DNA of 64,000 nucleotides from assembly GCA_963770895.1 (NCBI GenBank), contig CAVYRF010000002.1, positions 384,001 to 448,000 of the forward strand, read 5' to 3'. Under the pieces are notes generated by a model, which was not told the origin of the DNA, made no database searches, and saw only the letters and a program-made list of their open reading frames with translations. The position numbers and the translations under genes were made by a program. Each line of letters opens with the position of its first letter. The stretch's first letter is position 1. Below, one piece after another: positions 46,025-55,260 of the stretch. The stretch comes from an uncultured Acidobacteriota bacterium. GTDB lineage: Bacteria > Acidobacteriota > Thermoanaerobaculia > Multivoradales > UBA5704.

Positions 46025-46280
46025 CGTCGCAGCGGCACGACCCGGCACAGCGCCCCCGTCGCAGCGACACGACACAACACCCCTCACCGTCGTAGCGGCA
46101 CCACCCGGCACCACGCACCCGTCGCAGCGGCACCACCCGGCACCGCGCGCTCGTCATTGCGGCACGACTCGACACCACGCGCTCGTCGCAGCGGCACGAC
46201 CCGACACCACGCGCTCGTCGCAGCGGCACGACCCGACACCGCGCACCCATCGCAGCGACACCACTCGGCACCGCGCACCC
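46025..46280. repeat. Tandem repeat, 8 x 32 bp (consensus about CGTCGCAGCGGCACGACCCGRCACCRCGCRCY)
   Basis: Unit starts near 46025, 46057, 46088, 46120, 46152, 46184, 46216, 46248; no unique spacers. Confidence 0.9.
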
Positions 46281-46648
46281 CTGCGACCCGCAAAGCCGGC
46301 GACCTGTCCCGCGACCGGGCCGTGCGCCCTTTTTTTGCCCACGACCGGTATTGCCCTCCACGGCGACCTTGCTTCGCGGAACCCGTCGAACCGCCATGCC
46401 ATCCGCAGCGACCCTGCGCCGGCCCGCCACCTTCACCCGGCGGCCAGTCACCACCGCCAGCCGCCACCGCTTGGAACTTCTGCCCGCAGCGGCACGTAAT
46501 GGTCCTGGGGGCCGCCCGCGACCGTTCGCGGTGGCAAGCGGCCTGTCCTGGAGAATTCGAGCGGCTGGCGCCGCCATTCGGCGGCGCGGGTCAGGCGCGC
46601 CGACGCACGCATCGTCGAAACAATGGCGAGCGGGCGGCCAGAGCCACC

Positions 46649-47131
46649 GCCTGGCTTGGCACTCCCGGCAGGCCGGCAGGGCTGCCGCCTGGCCCGACAC
46701 GTGCGACAGGTCGGCCGGGTCTGTCGCCGAGCCCGGCACTCCCTGCAGGGGAGCTGAGACTGCCCCTTGGCCCGGCAGGGGAGCAGGGGCTGCCGGCTGG
46801 CCCGGCACTCCCGGCAGGGAGGCAGGGGCCACCGCCTGGCCCGGCACGCCGGCAAGGAAATCGGGGCTGTCGCCTAGCCCGGCATTCCCGGCAGGGAAGC
46901 CGGGGCTGTCGCCGGTCACGGCACTCCCGGCAGGGAGGCAGGGGCCCACCGCCTGGCCCGGCACGCCCGGCAAGGAAATCGGGGCTGTCGCCTGGCCCAG
47001 CATTCCCGGCAGGGAAGCCGGGGTTGTCGCCTGGCCCGGCACTCCCGGCAGGGAAGTCGCGGCTGTCGCCGGTCCCGGCATTCCCGGCAGGGAGGCCGCG
47101 GCTGTCGCCGGTCCCGGCACGCCCGGCAGGG
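46649..47131. repeat. Tandem repeat, about 13 x 39 bp (consensus about GCCTGGCCCGGCACTCCCGGCAGGGAAGCCGGGGCTGTC)
   Basis: CCCGGCAYKCCCGGCAGGGA recurs every 38-40 bp; includes a three-unit higher-order duplication. Confidence 0.9.
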
Positions 47132-47209
47132 CGCAAGCCGCACCCGCCGTCGGGGGCGAGCCAGGAGCTTTCGATGCGAGCAGGACAGGCCACTGACGAG
47201 GAGCTGGGC

Positions 47210-48169
47210 ATGCTGAGCATCCGCGAGTTGGTGAAGATCCATCCGGGGCCGGTCACGGCGCTGGCGGGCGTCGACCTGGACGTGGGCGGGGGGATGTTCG
47301 GCCTGCTGGGGCCCAACGGGGCGGGCAAGACGACGCTGATGCGCATCCTGGCCGGGCTGCTGCAGCCGACGTCGGGCCGCGTCACCCTGGATGGCCAGGA
47401 CGTGGTCGCCGACCCCCGCCGCATGCGCGAACAGCTGGGTTACCTGCCGCAGGAGTTCGGCTTCTATCCCCACCTGAGCGGCGAAAAGATGCTGCTCTAC
47501 CTGCTGCGCCTGAAAGGGGTCGAGGCGCCCGGCGGTCTGCCGCGCCTGGCCGGCGAGCTCCTCGAGCGGGTCAACCTGACGGCCGCCGCCAAACGCAAGG
47601 TCAAGACCTATTCGGGCGGCATGCGGCAGCGGCTGGGCATCGCCCAGGCGATCGCCGGCGATCCGCACGTGGTGATCGTCGACGAACCCACCGCCGGCCT
47701 CGACCCCGAAGAGCGCATGCGCTTCTACCGGCTGCTCACCGAGCTGGCCGCCGACCGCATCGTGCTGCTTTCGACCCACATCGTCGAGGACGTGGCGGTG
47801 CTCTGCCCGCGCTTCGCCATCCTCCGCCGCGGCCGGGTGGTCGCCGAGACGACGCCCAGCGCCGCCCGCGCCGCGATCGAAGGCAGCATCTTCGAGGGCA
47901 CCGTGGCAAGCAGCGACCTGGCGGCCCTGCACCGCCAGCACCACGTCATCCAGGCCGTGCTGGTCGAAGGCGAAAATCGCGTGCGCATCCACGTCCCGCC
48001 CGGCGCCGGCCGGGAGCTGCCGGCAACGGCGGGCCGGGAAACCACCGCGGCCGGCCAGCCGGGAGCGCCACAACGGCCGCCAGCCCCCACCGCGGACCTA
48101 GCGGGCTTCCGGCCCGCGCCGGCGACGCTGGAGGACGCCTACCTGCTGCAGATGGGCGCCGCGCAATGA
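47210..48169 (+). CDS. ABC transporter ATP-binding protein
   Basis: GPNGAGKTT, YSGGMRQR, VDEPTAGLD, STH; GAGGAG before ATG 47210. Confidence 0.93.
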   Translation: MLSIRELVKIHPGPVTALAGVDLDVGGGMFGLLGPNGAGKTTLMRILAGLLQPTSGRVTLDGQDVVADPRRMREQLGYLPQEFGFYPHLSGEKMLLYLLRLKGVEAPGGLPRLAGELLERVNLTAAAKRKVKTYSGGMRQRLGIAQAIAGDPHVVIVDEPTAGLDPEERMRFYRLLTELAADRIVLLSTHIVEDVAVLCPRFAILRRGRVVAETTPSAARAAIEGSIFEGTVASSDLAALHRQHHVIQAVLVEGENRVRIHVPPGAGRELPATAGRETTAAGQPGAPQRPPAPTADLAGFRPAPATLEDAYLLQMGAAQ

Positions 48170-51100
48170 ACGGCGCAACGGACCTCGGAAGCCGTTCCGC
48201 GCCGCCGGGCGCGGAGGCGGCCCCCGCTCAGCCACCAGCGCCCGGCGAGCACGGCGGCCGCCATCGACGGCCTGCGGCAGCCGGCGACAGGAGCGACAGC
48301 GGCGGCGGCGGCCTTCGCCGCTTTCGGCTGGTCGCCGGCCTGGAGCTGGCGGAGGCAGCGCGGCGGCCGATGTTCTGGCTGTGGGCGGCGCTGATGGCGG
48401 GCAACGCGTGGCTGATGTCGCGCGGCATCTGGATCTACCGCTCGGTCGATACCTCGCTCGGCAGCCCCCGCGCCTGGGCCGATTCGGAGTTCCAGGTGGC
48501 GTTCGTGCTGCCGCTGCTGTCGTTCCTCATGGTTTCGTTCTTCGTCGCGGTGGCGGCGGGGTTGCCGGTCCTGCGCGACAACGAGCGCAAGGTGGGGGCG
48601 TTGCTGGCGGCGACGCCGCTGTCGGCCGGCGAATACATCTGGGGCAAGTTCGCCGGCGTCCTGGGCGCCTGCCTGGCGGCGGTCGCGACACTGCTGGGCT
48701 TCCTGCTGCTGTTCATGTACGCGCTGCCCGACGCCGCGACGCCCGAGATCTACGGCCCCTTCACCCTGGCGGCCACCCTGCGGCCGCTCGTGTTGCTGAT
48801 GCTGCCGGGGCTGATCTTCCTGGCCGGCGCCGCCTTCCTGCTGGGCCAGGCGACCGGCAAACCGATCGTCGTGTTCCTGCTGCCGGTCGCGCTGGTGCCG
48901 TTTCTGCAGAGCTTCGTGTGGGCCTGGTTCCCGGCCGATCTCAGCCCCGCGGCCGCGGCGGCGCTGCGCTACCTCGATCCTTCGGGCTTCCGCTGGCTGA
49001 AGGAGACCTGGCTGCGGGTCGATCGCGGCATCGCCTTTTACAACACCCATCCGATCGCCTACGACCTGCCCTTTGTCGCCAGCCGCATCGCCTTCGTCGC
49101 CGCCGGTCTGCTCCTGGTCGACGTCGCGCGCCGCCACTTCAGCCGCCAGGGCGCGGACCGCGCCCGCCGCAGGGGGCCGCTGGCACGCGGCTCTTCGCTG
49201 GCGCACGGCGCCCCGCCGGCGGTGCTGGCGACGCTGGTGGAGGTGCCAATGCCGCTGCTGGCGCCGGCGCGCGATCTATCCGGCGCGGTCGACGCCACGC
49301 TGGCCGGCCTGGCGATGCGCAGCCGGCCCACCGGCGTGCTGCGCGGCATCGCCGCGGTGGCGCGCTTCGAGCTGGCGGAGCTGGTCGCCCAGCCGGGGCT
49401 GTACATCTTCCTGCCCGCGGTGCTGCTGTTTCTGGGCATCGACTTCGCGAGCACCCACCCGCCGATCGACACCCGCACCCTGCTGACCCCCGGCACCGCC
49501 GCGGTCGGCGCCCTCGCCGTGCTGGCGCCCTGGATCTGCCTCCTGCTGCTCTTCTCCACCGTCGAGTCGCTGCAACGCGAGCGCAGCACGCGGCTGGCGC
49601 CGATCCTGTACGCGACGCCGGTGCCGACGGCGGCGATCCTTGCCGGCAAGGCGCTGGCCGAGGGCGCCATGGTGGCGGCCTGCCTGGCGGCGAGCTTCCT
49701 GCTGTGCGCCTGGATCATGCTGGCGCAGGGGCAGGTGCACATCCAGCTGTGGCCGTTCGTGCTGGTGTGGGGGCTGCTGCTCACGCCCACCCTGCTGGCC
49801 TTCACCGCCTTCGTCATCGCCGTCTTCGCCGTCACCGACAGCCGCTATCTAACCTACGGCATCGGCCTTACCGTGCTGATCGCCACCTTTGCCGCCTACC
49901 TGTACGGCCACCTCAACTGGGTGTGCAACTGGCTCCTGATCGACGCCTTGCGCTGGAGCGACATGGGGACGTTCGAGCTGGACCGCCGCGCCCTGTGGCT
50001 GAACCGCCTCGAGGTCCTGGCCCTGGTGCCCCCGCTCGCCCTGGCGGCGGAACGGTGGTTTCGCCGCCGCGAAGCCGACCGCCTTGCCGGCAGCGGCGCC
50101 CCGCCGGCGGCTGCGGACACGCCGCCCGCGGCCGTCGCCCCATCCGCCCCCGGCGATGGCAGCGCCCAGCCGGCGCTCCGCTCCCAACCCCGGTCCCGGA
50201 CCCGGCCCGGCATCCGGCCCAGCCGTCCCCTGCCGCTGCTCGCCGCGGCCACGGTGCCCGCGGTCGCGCTCGGCCTGGCCCTGCTGGTCGCGGTCGAGCA
50301 GGGTTTCGACGGCGGCATCGCCCGCCGCCGCCACAAGGACTACTGGCGCCAGAACGTGGCGACGTGGATGGACGCACCGCTGCCCTACGTCACCCACGTC
50401 GACCTGGACCTGGAGATGGAGCCGGCGCGGCGCTGGTTCCGCGTGCGCGGCGCCTACGACCTCACCAACCGCAAGGCGGCGCCCATCCCCTGGTTTCCGG
50501 TGACCGGCGGCATCGCCTGGAAACACCTGTCGTGGACCCTGGACGGGCGACCCTATCAACCGTACCAGCGCGACCCGGCCGACCCGACCGGCATGTTCGA
50601 GGTGCGCCAGCCGATCGCCCCAGGGGCGACGCGGCGCCTGGGCTTCCAGTACGAAGCGACCTTCCTGCCTGGCGTCTCCCGCGCCGGCGGCGCGCTGCCG
50701 CTGGGCGAGTTCATGCTGCCTTCGGGGGTGCTGGTCACCGGCCGCAACCCCGACTTCGTGCCGATCCTCGGTTTCAAGAAGGACGTCGGCATCGACGACG
50801 ACAACCGTTTCGAACCGCGCCGCTACCCGCCCGACTTCTGGCGCTCCGACCTGGATGCGTCGCTCGACCGCTCCGCCTTCACCAGCCGCCTGCGCATCAC
50901 CGCGCCGGCGGAATACACCGTCAACTCGACCGGCATCCTGACCGGCCAGACCCTGCACGACGGCCGCCGCACCTGGCAGTGGGACAGCGACTATCCGCTG
51001 CGCGTATTCAACGTCGCCGCGGGCCGCTGGGCGGTGGCGCGCGGCCAGGGCACGGCGGTGTACTACCATCCCGGCCACCCCTGGAACGTCCCCAGCCTGC

Positions 51101-52068
51101 TCGAAGCCCTGGACGGCGCGCGCCGCTACTATGCCGCCTGGTTCGGGCCCTATCCGTGGCGCGACCTGCGGCTCAACGAGTTCCCCGCCGTCGCCGACTA
51201 CGCCCGCGGCAACGCCACCAACATTTTCTTTTCGGAGTCGGTGGGCTTCACCGAGGTGCCCGGCACCTTCCCCGACGCGGCCTTCGAGATCGCCGCCCAC
51301 GAAGCCGCCCACCAGTGGTGGGGCCACATCATGTCCCCCGGCGAAGGTCCGGGCGGCATCATCCTCGCCGAGGGCGCCGCCAACTTCAGCACCATGATGC
51401 TGCTCGAACAGGTGCGCGGCACCGCCGCGCGCATCGCCTTCGCCACCCGCTCCGAAGCCGTCTACGGCGAGTCGCGCGCCCCCTCGACCGAGCTGCCGCT
51501 GGCCCAGACCACGCCCTTCCGCCCCGCCGACGACACCGTCATCTACGACCGCGGCGGCTGGGCCCTGTGGATGCTCCTCCAGCACATGGGCCGCGACCGC
51601 TTCCTGGCCGGCGCCCGCCAGTTCATCGCCTATTACCACGCCGCCCCCGGCCACCCGGTGATCCAGCACTTCCTTGCCACCATGCGCCCCTACGCCGCCA
51701 ACCCCCAGGCCTTCGACGACCTCACCGGCCAGCTGTTCTTCCAAGTCGTGGTGCCGGAATACCGCATCGTCGAAGTCCACAAGCAGCGCCTCCCCGGCGC
51801 CGCCGCCTGGCAGGTCGTGGCCCGCATCGCCAACGCCGGCAACGCCCGCTTCGCGGTCGCCGTCGCCGCCGCCAACCAGCCCGACCGCTTCTCCGACAAG
51901 GGGCAGCCGGTGCCCACCTATCGCGACGCCCGCGCCACCCTCACCCTCGCCCCCGGCGAGGAGCGCGAAGTCCGCATCCTCTGCCCCTTCGACCCCCACC
52001 GCCTGGTCGTCGATCCCGACGCCAACGTCCTGCAGCTGCAGCGCAAAGCCGCCTCCGCCCGCCTCTGA
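48166..52068 (+). CDS. ABC-2 type permease fused to an M1 family aminopeptidase domain
   Basis: Two multi-TM halves, then AHEAAHQWWG...LAEG (HEXXH-X18-E) and IYDRG. Confidence 0.88.
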   Translation: MNGATDLGSRSAPPGAEAAPAQPPAPGEHGGRHRRPAAAGDRSDSGGGGLRRFRLVAGLELAEAARRPMFWLWAALMAGNAWLMSRGIWIYRSVDTSLGSPRAWADSEFQVAFVLPLLSFLMVSFFVAVAAGLPVLRDNERKVGALLAATPLSAGEYIWGKFAGVLGACLAAVATLLGFLLLFMYALPDAATPEIYGPFTLAATLRPLVLLMLPGLIFLAGAAFLLGQATGKPIVVFLLPVALVPFLQSFVWAWFPADLSPAAAAALRYLDPSGFRWLKETWLRVDRGIAFYNTHPIAYDLPFVASRIAFVAAGLLLVDVARRHFSRQGADRARRRGPLARGSSLAHGAPPAVLATLVEVPMPLLAPARDLSGAVDATLAGLAMRSRPTGVLRGIAAVARFELAELVAQPGLYIFLPAVLLFLGIDFASTHPPIDTRTLLTPGTAAVGALAVLAPWICLLLLFSTVESLQRERSTRLAPILYATPVPTAAILAGKALAEGAMVAACLAASFLLCAWIMLAQGQVHIQLWPFVLVWGLLLTPTLLAFTAFVIAVFAVTDSRYLTYGIGLTVLIATFAAYLYGHLNWVCNWLLIDALRWSDMGTFELDRRALWLNRLEVLALVPPLALAAERWFRRREADRLAGSGAPPAAADTPPAAVAPSAPGDGSAQPALRSQPRSRTRPGIRPSRPLPLLAAATVPAVALGLALLVAVEQGFDGGIARRRHKDYWRQNVATWMDAPLPYVTHVDLDLEMEPARRWFRVRGAYDLTNRKAAPIPWFPVTGGIAWKHLSWTLDGRPYQPYQRDPADPTGMFEVRQPIAPGATRRLGFQYEATFLPGVSRAGGALPLGEFMLPSGVLVTGRNPDFVPILGFKKDVGIDDDNRFEPRRYPPDFWRSDLDASLDRSAFTSRLRITAPAEYTVNSTGILTGQTLHDGRRTWQWDSDYPLRVFNVAAGRWAVARGQGTAVYYHPGHPWNVPSLLEALDGARRYYAAWFGPYPWRDLRLNEFPAVADYARGNATNIFFSESVGFTEVPGTFPDAAFEIAAHEAAHQWWGHIMSPGEGPGGIILAEGAANFSTMMLLEQVRGTAARIAFATRSEAVYGESRAPSTELPLAQTTPFRPADDTVIYDRGGWALWMLLQHMGRDRFLAGARQFIAYYHAAPGHPVIQHFLATMRPYAANPQAFDDLTGQLFFQVVVPEYRIVEVHKQRLPGAAAWQVVARIANAGNARFAVAVAAANQPDRFSDKGQPVPTYRDARATLTLAPGEEREVRILCPFDPHRLVVDPDANVLQLQRKAASARL

Positions 52069-52094
52069 CCCCCATCCCCGCGACACGCCGGGGC

Positions 52095-52123
52095 TTGACA
52101 GAGCAGCGCGCTCCGCGAATAAT
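52095..52123 (+). promoter_or_regulatory. Sigma70-type promoter
   Basis: TTGACA-17 bp-AATAAT upstream of the HTH gene. Confidence 0.7.
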
Positions 52124-52157
52124 CCAAGCATGATCTTTGAAAACAGGAATCGGACCG

Positions 52158-53036
52158 ATGAATAGGAAAAGAGGCGAGGGAGGGCGCGGCAAGGACCTGC
52201 CGGCCGGCGCGGCGCTCGCCCAGGCCGGCGATCCCGCCGACGCCGTACCCGGCGTCGCGGCAGAAGACGGGGCGCAGCGCGCCACCGGCGACCGGCTGCT
52301 GCTGCTGCTCAAGACGCGCGGGCCGCTCCTGGCGGCGGACCTGGCGGCGATCGTGGGCATCAGCGGCGAAGGGGTGCGGCAGCAGCTGGGGCGGCTGGCG
52401 GAAGCTGGGCTGGTGGAGGCGACGTCGGCGCCGCGCAGGGTGGGGAGGCCGGCGCAGCTGTGGGCGCTCACGGCGGCGGCACACGCCCGGTTTCCGGACA
52501 CCCACGCGGAGCTCACCGCGCAGCTGCTGCGGGCTGTCCGCAGCGAGCTGGGCGAAGCGGCGCTCGACCGCTTGATCGACCGGCGCGCGGCAGAATCCAA
52601 GGAGATCTACGACACCGCGCTGGCCGGCGCCGCCGACCTGGGCGAGCGCGTGGCGCGCCTGGCCGCGGCGCGGACCCGCGAGGGCTACATGGCGGAGTGC
52701 CGCGCCGACGGCGACGGCTACCTGCTGATCGAGAACCACTGCCCCATCTGCGTCGCCGCCACCGAATGCCAGGGCTTCTGCCGCGCCGAGCGCGACATCT
52801 TCCGCCAGGTGCTGGGCCGCAACATCTCGGTGCACCGAACCGAACACATTCTGGGCGGCGACCGCCGCTGCGCCTACCGCATCGCGCCGCAAGCGCCCGC
52901 CTTGCCGGCGCCATCGCAGCCGGCAACGCGCGGCGCCACCCGGCGCGTGCCCGCGCCAGGAGCGGGCCGGCGCGGCGCCGCGAGCGGTGGCGGCCCGCTC
53001 GCGCGGCGCGCACTCCCCAGGAGGACTGCATCATGA
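52158..53036 (+). CDS. SufR-like/ArsR-type HTH metalloregulator
   Basis: LKTRGPL...VRQQL...GRPAQLW; ENHCPIC...CQGFC..E...RCAY. Confidence 0.85.
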   Translation: MNRKRGEGGRGKDLPAGAALAQAGDPADAVPGVAAEDGAQRATGDRLLLLLKTRGPLLAADLAAIVGISGEGVRQQLGRLAEAGLVEATSAPRRVGRPAQLWALTAAAHARFPDTHAELTAQLLRAVRSELGEAALDRLIDRRAAESKEIYDTALAGAADLGERVARLAAARTREGYMAECRADGDGYLLIENHCPICVAATECQGFCRAERDIFRQVLGRNISVHRTEHILGGDRRCAYRIAPQAPALPAPSQPATRGATRRVPAPGAGRRGAASGGGPLARRALPRRTAS

Positions 53037-53887
53037 AACGTGAACATTCCGACACCGACACCATCACCGACAGCTCGACTCGCGACCGGCAGCCGCGGAA
53101 CCCGCTTGCCGGACTGCGGGTCGCCGTGACGGGCGGCACCTCGGGACTGGGCCTGGCGCTGGTGCACCAGCTGCTCGCCCAGGGCGCCCATGTCGCGCTG
53201 GTCGCCCGCCACCGCCAGGGCATCGACCGCGTGCTGCGCGACCATCCCGAAGTGCACGGCATCGCCGGCGACGTCTCCCGCAAGGACGACATCTATCCCA
53301 TCGCCATGCAGATCCTGGGCGACCTGGGCGGCCTCGACGTGCTGATCAACAACGCCTCCAGCCTGGGCCCGGCACCGCTCGCGCTGCTCGGCGACACCGC
53401 CTGCGAAGACCTCGAGCAGGCCCTTGCCACCAACCTGCTGGGACCCTTCCGCCTCACCAAGGCGCTGCTCGGCGCCCTCACCGCCGCCGCCCGCGAGCAC
53501 GGCGCCGCCGTGGTGATCAACATCAGCAGCGACGCCGCGCTCAACCCCTACCCACGCTGGGGCGCCTACGGCGCCAGCAAGGCAGCGCTGCACCACCTGA
53601 GCCGCATCTGGCATGAAGAGCTGGCAGCAGAAGGCCTGCGCTTCCTCTCGCTCGATCCCGGCGACATGGACACCCCCCTACACACCCTGGCAGTTCCGGA
53701 CGCCGATCCCGCAACACTCAAAACCCCAGCAGCCGCAGCGCGGGAGGTGATCGCCGCCCTCGCCGCCGCACTGCCGCAGACGCCGCCACGCGCCAGGTCC
53801 GCGCCCGGCGTCGTGAGAGCCACGGCGGATCAACGGGCTGACCGTAGGGCAGCGGCGCAATCTGCCTCCGCGGAGGCGCCGCGGTGA
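53033..53887 (+). CDS. Short-chain dehydrogenase/reductase
   Basis: TGGTSGLG, NNAS, NISS, YGASK, DPGDMDT; ATGA overlap. Confidence 0.92.
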   Translation: MKREHSDTDTITDSSTRDRQPRNPLAGLRVAVTGGTSGLGLALVHQLLAQGAHVALVARHRQGIDRVLRDHPEVHGIAGDVSRKDDIYPIAMQILGDLGGLDVLINNASSLGPAPLALLGDTACEDLEQALATNLLGPFRLTKALLGALTAAAREHGAAVVINISSDAALNPYPRWGAYGASKAALHHLSRIWHEELAAEGLRFLSLDPGDMDTPLHTLAVPDADPATLKTPAAAAREVIAALAAALPQTPPRARSAPGVVRATADQRADRRAAAQSASAEAPR

Positions 53888-55260
53888 TCGCCGCCGACCA
53901 GCCGGTGCAGCGCCCGCCGTGGGCCAAGATGTTGGTGATCGATGGCGCGGGACGTATGCAGCACGTGATGCGCGCTTCCTTTGTCGACCTGCTGGCGCCC
54001 GGCGACCTGGTGATCGCCAATGACGCGGCGACGCTGCCGGCCAGCCTGTCCGGAGTCCACGAGCCCACTGGCGCCCGGATCGAGGTGCGATTGGCGGGTC
54101 TGCCTCCGTACGCTCTAGCCCGCGACAATCGCGGCGACCTGGTGCGGCAAACAGGCCCGTTCGCGAGCAACCGGGAGAGCGGCGGCCGGCGACCGGCCGG
54201 GTCGCAACCGGAACCACCGCGGCACGGGAGAAATCAACAGGCGTCGGCGCTTGCCCGCATCGCCACCGGCAGCCCGCCGGCCACTGCCGGCCCTGTTGGC
54301 CCCGTCGACTCCGTCGACCCCGTAGCGGCGGGTGGCTCCTTCGCCACCCTCGGATTGTTTGCGCCCGCCGGTGCCTTCGTCGCCGTCGTGTTTGGCGGCG
54401 GCGACTACCGGGTTCGCACCGAAGAGCGCCCGCTGCCGCCGGCGCTGCGGCCGGGCGACCGCCTGATCCTGGGGCCGCTGACGGCGCGGGTGGAGCGGCT
54501 GCTGGGGCACCCACGCCTGGTGGTGCTGCGCTTTGCCGGCGCGCCCGACGCGATCTGGGCTGGACTTGCGCGGCATGGGCGGCCGATCCAGTACGCGCAC
54601 GTGCCGGCGCCGCTGGCGCTGTGGGACGTGTGGACGACGGTCGCCGGCCACCCGGTGGCGTTCGAGCCGCCTTCGGCCGGATTCCTTCTGGACTGGCAGA
54701 CGCTGGGCGCCCTGCGCCGGCGCGGCATCGCGTTCGCCACCCTGACGCACGCGGCGGGAATCTCGTCGACCGGCGACCCGGAGCTGGACCGCCGGCTGCC
54801 CTTCGACGAGCCGTACCACATCCCGCAGGACACGGCCGAAAAGATTCGCGCGGTCCGCCGCGCCGGCCGCGTCATCGCCATCGGCACGACCGTCGTGCGC
54901 GCCCTGGAGCACGCCGCGATCGGACGCGGCCAGGTCAGGCCTGGCGCGGGCGTGGCCGACCAGCGCATCGGCCCCGGCACCCGGCTGCGGGTGGTGGACG
55001 CCATCGTGTCCGGCACGCACGAGCCAGGCAGCAGCCACTACCAGCTGCTGCGCGCCTTCGCCGGCGCGGCAATGCTCCACCGCGCCGACCGTGAGCTGGC
55101 CGCCCACGGCTATCGCACGCACGAGTTTGGCGATTCGGTGTGGATCGAAAGGCAGACACCGCGCCCGGGCGGCGGCCGCGGCCCGCGCCGCGGCCGCGAC
55201 CGGAGCGATCAGAACGCGTTGTTGTCCAGCCCGCCGCAGAGCGTGCCGGCGGTGCCCTGA
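53884..55260 (+). CDS. QueA-like protein (SAM:tRNA ribosyltransferase-isomerase paralog)
   Basis: PGDLVIANDAATLPA, EPPSAG, VIAIGTTVVRALE, YRTHEFGDS; lacks the canonical RYQT and TNFH. Confidence 0.8.
   Translation: MIAADQPVQRPPWAKMLVIDGAGRMQHVMRASFVDLLAPGDLVIANDAATLPASLSGVHEPTGARIEVRLAGLPPYALARDNRGDLVRQTGPFASNRESGGRRPAGSQPEPPRHGRNQQASALARIATGSPPATAGPVGPVDSVDPVAAGGSFATLGLFAPAGAFVAVVFGGGDYRVRTEERPLPPALRPGDRLILGPLTARVERLLGHPRLVVLRFAGAPDAIWAGLARHGRPIQYAHVPAPLALWDVWTTVAGHPVAFEPPSAGFLLDWQTLGALRRRGIAFATLTHAAGISSTGDPELDRRLPFDEPYHIPQDTAEKIRAVRRAGRVIAIGTTVVRALEHAAIGRGQVRPGAGVADQRIGPGTRLRVVDAIVSGTHEPGSSHYQLLRAFAGAAMLHRADRELAAHGYRTHEFGDSVWIERQTPRPGGGRGPRRGRDRSDQNALLSSPPQSVPAVP

Noticed and set aside
46025-47131. 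Tandem tracts as a third CRISPR array
   Set aside because: No unique spacers and no ATTGAAAC end
45620-47209. 530-aa N-terminal extension on the ABC ATPase ORF
   Set aside because: An open frame through GC-rich repeats; an SD and ATG at 47210 give a normal ATPase
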